From Candidatus Bathyarchaeum sp. (GTDB lineage: Archaea > Thermoproteota > Bathyarchaeia > Bathyarchaeales > Bathyarchaeaceae): DNA of 18,698 nucleotides. The stretch covers positions 1-18,698 of the forward strand of contig JAOZIF010000154.1 in NCBI GenBank assembly GCA_026014495.1, given 5' to 3'. The notes below the pieces were generated by a model that ran no database searches, was not told where the DNA came from, and saw only the letters and a program-made list of their open reading frames with translations. The position numbers and the translations under genes were made by a program. Of the stretch, positions 14,453 through 18,698 are shown in pieces; positions within the stretch are counted from its first letter, which is position 1; each line of letters begins with the position of its first letter.

Positions 14453-14791
14453 TTGGAGATTACAAAAGTTAGTGAAACATCAAGTTCGAAGAATGCTCAT
14501 GGAGTGGATGCTCGACCTATTTATGCTCATGAGAATGCGCAGGTCATCATTTTAACTCTCAAGTCTGGTGAGTCTTTAAGGCGCCATATTACTCCAGTGG
14601 ATGTTTTCTTTTATGTCCTTGAAGGCAAGGGTATCGTAGAAGTTGGGGACGAAAAAAAAGAAGTTGAGAAAGATACAATCGTTCACAGTCCAGCAAAAAT
14701 AGTTCATTGTTGGTATAACCAATATGACAAGCCGTTACGGATTTTGGTCGCTAAAACTCCCAAGCCAACAGAGTCAACAATTCTATTATAG
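14453..14791 (+). CDS. cupin domain protein (single-domain cupin_2 type)
   Basis: LKSGESLRRHITPVDVFFYVLEGKG (motif 1) and DTIVHSPAKIVHCWYN (motif 2). Confidence 0.9.
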   Translation: MEITKVSETSSSKNAHGVDARPIYAHENAQVIILTLKSGESLRRHITPVDVFFYVLEGKGIVEVGDEKKEVEKDTIVHSPAKIVHCWYNQYDKPLRILVAKTPKPTESTILL

Positions 14792-15031
14792 GCCCCACTT
14801 CTTAGAAAACGGGGAGCTTTGTTGTTGCAGTGTATCCGCTTAGTAAGCGTCTGTAATGTTTAGTATTAGGTTACATATCACGCCAGCAATTCACCAATTC
14901 TGTTGCTGGTTCAGCTATTTTTTGGCGCCTTTTCTTGTTTGGATAAAAAATAGTGGGTTCTTGTAATTGTTTTTGTGAGAAGGGATTTTATAGTACGTTT
15001 GTCCCTTCCCTTTTTTATCCTCGTGATTTGT

Positions 15032-16312
15032 ATGATGCATGAGCTTAGTGATTCAATTAGAAACCATGATAACGGCGGTTTTTTGTATCCCTGTTACGAG
15101 GAGAACTGTATTTCAAACATTCCAGGAACAATACTGGACTTGTTTAATGTTAAAACTAACCTGCCAAAGCTTCCAATTGAAGTAGACAATGGAGCTGAGG
15201 AAATCAACAAAGTTGTGCTTTTTGTGTTGGATGGCTTTGGCTATAACCAGTTTTCGCGTTACCACGAAGATAACAAGTTTTTGACTAAGCTTGCTGAAAA
15301 AAGCGAAGTTTTTCCACTAACAAGCATCTTTCCATCACAGACAACAAATGCGCTTACAACATTGAACACTGGTTTGACGCCTCAAGAGCATGGGCTTTTT
15401 GAGTATTACCTTTACCTTAAAGAGGTTGACCGTATAGTCAACACTTTGCGTTTTGAGCCATTAGGCTCTAACCTTCGAAATGAGCTTTTGGACAGCGGCT
15501 TTAAGCCAAATATTTTGTTTGACGGAAAAACTATCCAAAGCTCACTAAAAGAGGCAGGCATCAAATCCTTCACGCATATTTATGCCTCATACGCGTACAG
15601 CCACTACTCTAAATTACTCTTTGATGATAGCACATTTATTCCATCTTTGAAGTCTTCAGATTTGATTGTCACCTTAAAGAAAAAGCTGCAAAAAGAATCT
15701 GGTCCAGCATACTTTTTTGTGCATTTGAGCAATCTAGACACAATATCTCACGAGTATGGACCAAACAGCTACGAATACGGTGCAGAGTTATCTGCTATCT
15801 CGTATCTTTTAAACAAAGAGTTAGTCCAAAAAATTGATCCACAAACTGCAAAAGAAACATTAGTCTTGTTGACTTCGGACCATGGGAGCGTAAACATTGT
15901 TCCTGAACAGACAACGTACCTAAACGGTTTTTCTGACATAATCAAGAACCTGCAAAAAGGCAACAACGGAGAACCTGTTTTGCCCACTGGAAGCGCAAGA
16001 GACGTTTTCTTGCATGTTCAAGAACAAAAGCTTACGCAAACGCAGAAGCTACTTGAGCAGAAAGTTGGTCACAAAGCAAAAATTGTTGAAACTAAAGATG
16101 CGCTAGCTGATGGCTTATTTGGGCATGGGAAAATATCGCGTCAGTTTGTTGACCGCGCAGGAAACCTGCTGATTTTGCCCTACCGAAACGAAACAGTCTG
16201 GTTTGACCATTTTCCAAGCATACGCTACAACCCTGTAGGACAACACGGCGGACTAAACGAAGAAGAAATGCTCGTCCCCCTAGCAATAACTAACCTTAAC
16301 AATCTAAAGTAG
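15032..16312 (+). CDS. alkaline phosphatase superfamily protein (type I phosphodiesterase/nucleotide pyrophosphatase-like)
   Basis: VLFVLDGFG, SIFPSQTTNALTTLNTG..P.EHG (Thr nucleophile region), DTISHEYGP, TSDHG and GQHGGL. ATG 15032 preferred over the track's GTG 14975; no signal peptide from that start. Confidence 0.9.
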   Translation: MMHELSDSIRNHDNGGFLYPCYEENCISNIPGTILDLFNVKTNLPKLPIEVDNGAEEINKVVLFVLDGFGYNQFSRYHEDNKFLTKLAEKSEVFPLTSIFPSQTTNALTTLNTGLTPQEHGLFEYYLYLKEVDRIVNTLRFEPLGSNLRNELLDSGFKPNILFDGKTIQSSLKEAGIKSFTHIYASYAYSHYSKLLFDDSTFIPSLKSSDLIVTLKKKLQKESGPAYFFVHLSNLDTISHEYGPNSYEYGAELSAISYLLNKELVQKIDPQTAKETLVLLTSDHGSVNIVPEQTTYLNGFSDIIKNLQKGNNGEPVLPTGSARDVFLHVQEQKLTQTQKLLEQKVGHKAKIVETKDALADGLFGHGKISRQFVDRAGNLLILPYRNETVWFDHFPSIRYNPVGQHGGLNEEEMLVPLAITNLNNLK

Positions 16313-16332
16313 CAAACCTAATATAACAAGAC

Positions 16333-16355
16333 TGGTGGACGGGGCGGGATTTAAC
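16333..16355 (-). pseudogene. 3' fragment of a tRNA-Ala gene (T-loop to CCA), degenerate; possible att-site scar
   Basis: Minus strand reads GTTAAATCCCGCCCCGTCCACCA: a T-loop lacking C56, the T-stem 3' strand, an acceptor 3' strand with U70, the A73 discriminator and CCA. No 5' half or T-stem partner is present upstream. Confidence 0.7.
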
Positions 16356-16589
16356 AAAAGACCATCCTTGTGGACTGTGAACTTTCTCAAAAGCCTATTG
16401 CGCCTCAGTTTCATTACATTTTGTAGTGCATACGTTTGAACTGTGAAGAAAATAGGTTTGCTGAGGCTCCTGCACAGCGCATTAAGAGGAGAAAAAAATG
16501 AAAATCAACAAACAGCTACTATTGCTTTAGTTATTTTTCATTTTCTGTGCAAGGAACCTTTTCAGCCCCTTCTTTGAGGGGTTACTCCC

Positions 16590-16612
16590 GAAAAAAGAGG
16601 GAGGGAAAATTG
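16590..16612 (-). terminator. pyrimidine/T-rich archaeal terminator after the beta-propeller gene
   Basis: Minus strand reads AATTTTCCCTCCCTCTTTTTTCG shortly after the stop at 16619. Confidence 0.5.
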
Positions 16613-16618
16613 GTTGGT

Positions 16619-18697
16619 TTATTTTTGTTTTTTGAGTGCCAAGATACTGACTAGTCCAACGATTATGGCTACTATGACTGCCACGAGGATGACTAGTTCC
16701 ATTGTTGTGTATTGTGGGGATTCTGTTGCTTCTTGTGTTTCTGGAAGTTGGTTTACAACTGCTTGAGCTACTTCTTCAGCAGTAGGAACGTTTGGGTACT
16801 CTGGGTCTGCAGGTAGTTGGTTTATGATTTCTTGTGCAATATCATTGGCGCTAGGACTAGTTGGTAGGTTGTCTATGACATTCTGAGCGATTTCTTCAGC
16901 TGTTGGGTATGTAGTTTCTGGCGGAGGAGTATATAGTTCTGCAGGAGGAGCCTCTTCAAAACAGTAAACACCGAAGTTTGTGCTGGTTACGTAGAGTTCA
17001 CCGTTATAGGGTGTTGGGCTTGACCTTGACAAACCTAACTCTGCGTAATAAGAAAGTTTCTCACCAGTTAATGCATCAAGAACGTAGAGCACTTTTGCGT
17101 CTGTTACCACATATATTCTATTATACGAGTAAGTTGCGCCTTGCGACATAGTTTCACGTGCGAGATAAGTATACCATAACTCTGTAGCATCCGTTGCATT
17201 CAGACAGACAATACCATAGTAGTCATTAAAGTAGACTTTTCCATACTTGTACACGACAGCATCATAAAGAGCGGTGCCTGCAACTTGTTGAGGTGTAGAT
17301 GGATTATATCTGCCGTCATATTTCCATATCTCCTCGCCTGTGCTTGCATTGATGGCGAAAGTATAGTGAAAATCACTTCGCGCGTAAACAACTCCCTCAG
17401 CAACTGTTGGCGATGCGTATATAGCTGAAGAATACCAGTTGAAGTAAGGAAGCGTGAAATTCCAGATCTGGTTTCCAGAGTCTGCATCAAGCTTGATTAC
17501 TAGTCCTTTTACGTACGGAATGGCTGCTGTAATATAGACTTCGTTGTCGACCGCGGCTGGCGTAGCATGGACAGTTCCACCTGTTGCATATGTCCATATT
17601 AAATCTCCAGAGGATATTGAATAGCAGTAAACATTTCCGTCAAGAGAACCGACATAGAGTTTGTCTCCAGAAACTGTCGGAGAACTGCGTACAAGACTAT
17701 CATGAATCAAGCTATCCGTTGGTTCGCTTCCTGTCCATATCAAGTTACCTGTAGCGGCGTCCAGACAGTAGACGTTTCCATCGTCAGCACCAGTATATAG
17801 TCTGCCATCTACAACTGCCACTTGAGACCTCACTTGGTCATCAGTTTTGAACTTCCACAATTCCGTTCCAGTTGTGACATCGATAGCATAGATGTTACTA
17901 TCTAAACAGCCAACGTAACATATACCATCCACGAGGGTAGCTGGAGATACAATTGCAGAATCGGCATCGAATTTCCATTTAAGTTTCAAATCTGTAGGGC
18001 CTGCTCCACTAGCTGAATTTTCCGGGTCACTAAGTAACATTGACCAATCTGCGACTTCACTACTGATACACCAGAGTTCACGTCCCTTGCTAAAGGAATA
18101 TTCGTATTCGCCCGTTTTTGTCGACGATACCGTGGGTATGACATATAGGTTTCCATATGCAATACATTGGTAATTCATTGGAGCATCAGTCTCCAGAGGC
18201 AGAGTCCATATCAGTTCCCCAGTGTATGCATCGTAGCAATTATACTCGGAATAAGCATATTCGCCTGTTTCATAGTCGCGATAGATGTTCTCACCCATTT
18301 GAGAGTAAATCTTACCATCTGCAATTGCTACTGTCCCAGGATAGGAGACACCGGGTCCTTTTGCTTGCCATATCAATTTGCCAGTTGTACCATTTACTGC
18401 ATACAAGTATGTGTCTGTGTTCATAGAGTATACAATGCCATAAGCGTAAGCTGTTGATGAAGAAAATGCGCTGAAGAAAGTTCCTGGATTGTAGGTCCAC
18501 ACTAACTCGCCAGTGTCAGCATCCCACGCGTACATGTTTCCATCTACGGTAGCATGAAATACCTTACCATCACCATAGGCCATTCCATAATTCCAATACT
18601 CTGAGGTGGTAGGTGTTTCCCACAGCAATGTTCCATTTTTGGCGTCATATGCTCTTAGAAACGTGTCCGAGCAACCTAAGAATATTTTTCCATCACC
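16619..18697 (-). CDS. PQQ-binding-like (BamB-type) beta-propeller repeat surface protein with C-terminal TM anchor; 5' end lies outside the window
   Basis: The frame stays open to the window edge (GDGKIFLGCSDTFLRAYDAKNGTLLWE...). At least ten (Y/F)x(L/I/W)(D/N)xxTGxxxW blade repeats; C-terminal ELVILVAVIVAIIVGLVSILAL-KKQK. Confidence 0.92.
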   Translation of the reverse strand, partial: GDGKIFLGCSDTFLRAYDAKNGTLLWETPTTSEYWNYGMAYGDGKVFHATVDGNMYAWDADTGELVWTYNPGTFFSAFSSSTAYAYGIVYSMNTDTYLYAVNGTTGKLIWQAKGPGVSYPGTVAIADGKIYSQMGENIYRDYETGEYAYSEYNCYDAYTGELIWTLPLETDAPMNYQCIAYGNLYVIPTVSSTKTGEYEYSFSKGRELWCISSEVADWSMLLSDPENSASGAGPTDLKLKWKFDADSAIVSPATLVDGICYVGCLDSNIYAIDVTTGTELWKFKTDDQVRSQVAVVDGRLYTGADDGNVYCLDAATGNLIWTGSEPTDSLIHDSLVRSSPTVSGDKLYVGSLDGNVYCYSISSGDLIWTYATGGTVHATPAAVDNEVYITAAIPYVKGLVIKLDADSGNQIWNFTLPYFNWYSSAIYASPTVAEGVVYARSDFHYTFAINASTGEEIWKYDGRYNPSTPQQVAGTALYDAVVYKYGKVYFNDYYGIVCLNATDATELWYTYLARETMSQGATYSYNRIYVVTDAKVLYVLDALTGEKLSYYAELGLSRSSPTPYNGELYVTSTNFGVYCFEEAPPAELYTPPPETTYPTAEEIAQNVIDNLPTSPSANDIAQEIINQLPADPEYPNVPTAEEVAQAVVNQLPETQEATESPQYTTMELVILVAVIVAIIVGLVSILALKKQK
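16742..16906 (-). repeat. three copies of a 15-aa helical motif in the propeller stalk
   Basis: PTAEEIAQNVIDNLP, PSANDIAQEIINQLP and PTAEEVAQAVVNQLP. Confidence 0.85.
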
Positions 18698-18698
18698 A

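Noticed and set aside
15032-16312. Phosphodiesterase as part of the polyphosphate system, or as a BREX PglZ
   Set aside because: It lies more than 8 kb from the cassette beyond the r-protein operon, has no signal peptide, and no other BREX genes are present.
16304-16414. 36-aa minus-strand ORF (MKLRRNRLLRKFTVHKDGLLLNPAPST...) running through the tRNA fragment as a possible split-integrase remnant
   Set aside because: No recognisable recombinase motif and too short; a translated search would be needed to revive it.
15769-18500. Shadow ORFs 15769-15987, 16092-16286, 17200-17490, 18157-18426, 18167-18457 and 18312-18500
   Set aside because: They overlap the phosphodiesterase or propeller genes and have no motifs.
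1-18698. CRISPR array, rRNA, intact tRNA, transposase or integrase
   Set aside because: No regularly spaced direct repeats, no complete cloverleaf and no recombinase or transposase motifs were seen by eye.

Overview
Archaeal chromosomal window. The ribosomal proteins, BRE/TATA promoters, GGTGA/GGAGG ribosome-binding sites and frequent TTG/GTG starts are archaeal; the small-protein families and L2 signature suggest Bathyarchaeia, which is inference only. Left to right: a small helical ORF and an M20 (ArgE/DapE-type) metallopeptidase; a minus-strand operon DUF4956-like membrane protein > membrane-anchored lamin-tail-domain protein > soluble VTC (polyphosphate polymerase-type) domain protein; divergently, a Zn-ribbon protein coupled to a large membrane-anchored Cthe_2159-like beta-helix protein; a dense regulator/microprotein patch (membrane-anchored wHTH, a 52-aa Cys4 ORF missed by the ORF track, RHH, PadR, wHTH-3xPAS, 2[4Fe-4S] ferredoxin, a Cys/His microprotein); rpl3-rpl4-rpl23-[DedA/TVP38 membrane protein]-rpl2 with no rps19 following; a cupin; an alkaline-phosphatase-superfamily enzyme; a degenerate 3' fragment of tRNA-Ala (possible att scar); and a 5'-truncated PQQ-type beta-propeller surface protein. 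The best candidate for an undescribed system is the VTC/DUF4956/LTD/Cthe_2159 locus, hypothesised to synthesise polyphosphate and export it to the cell surface in an archaeon. All product calls come from motif recognition; no database search was run.
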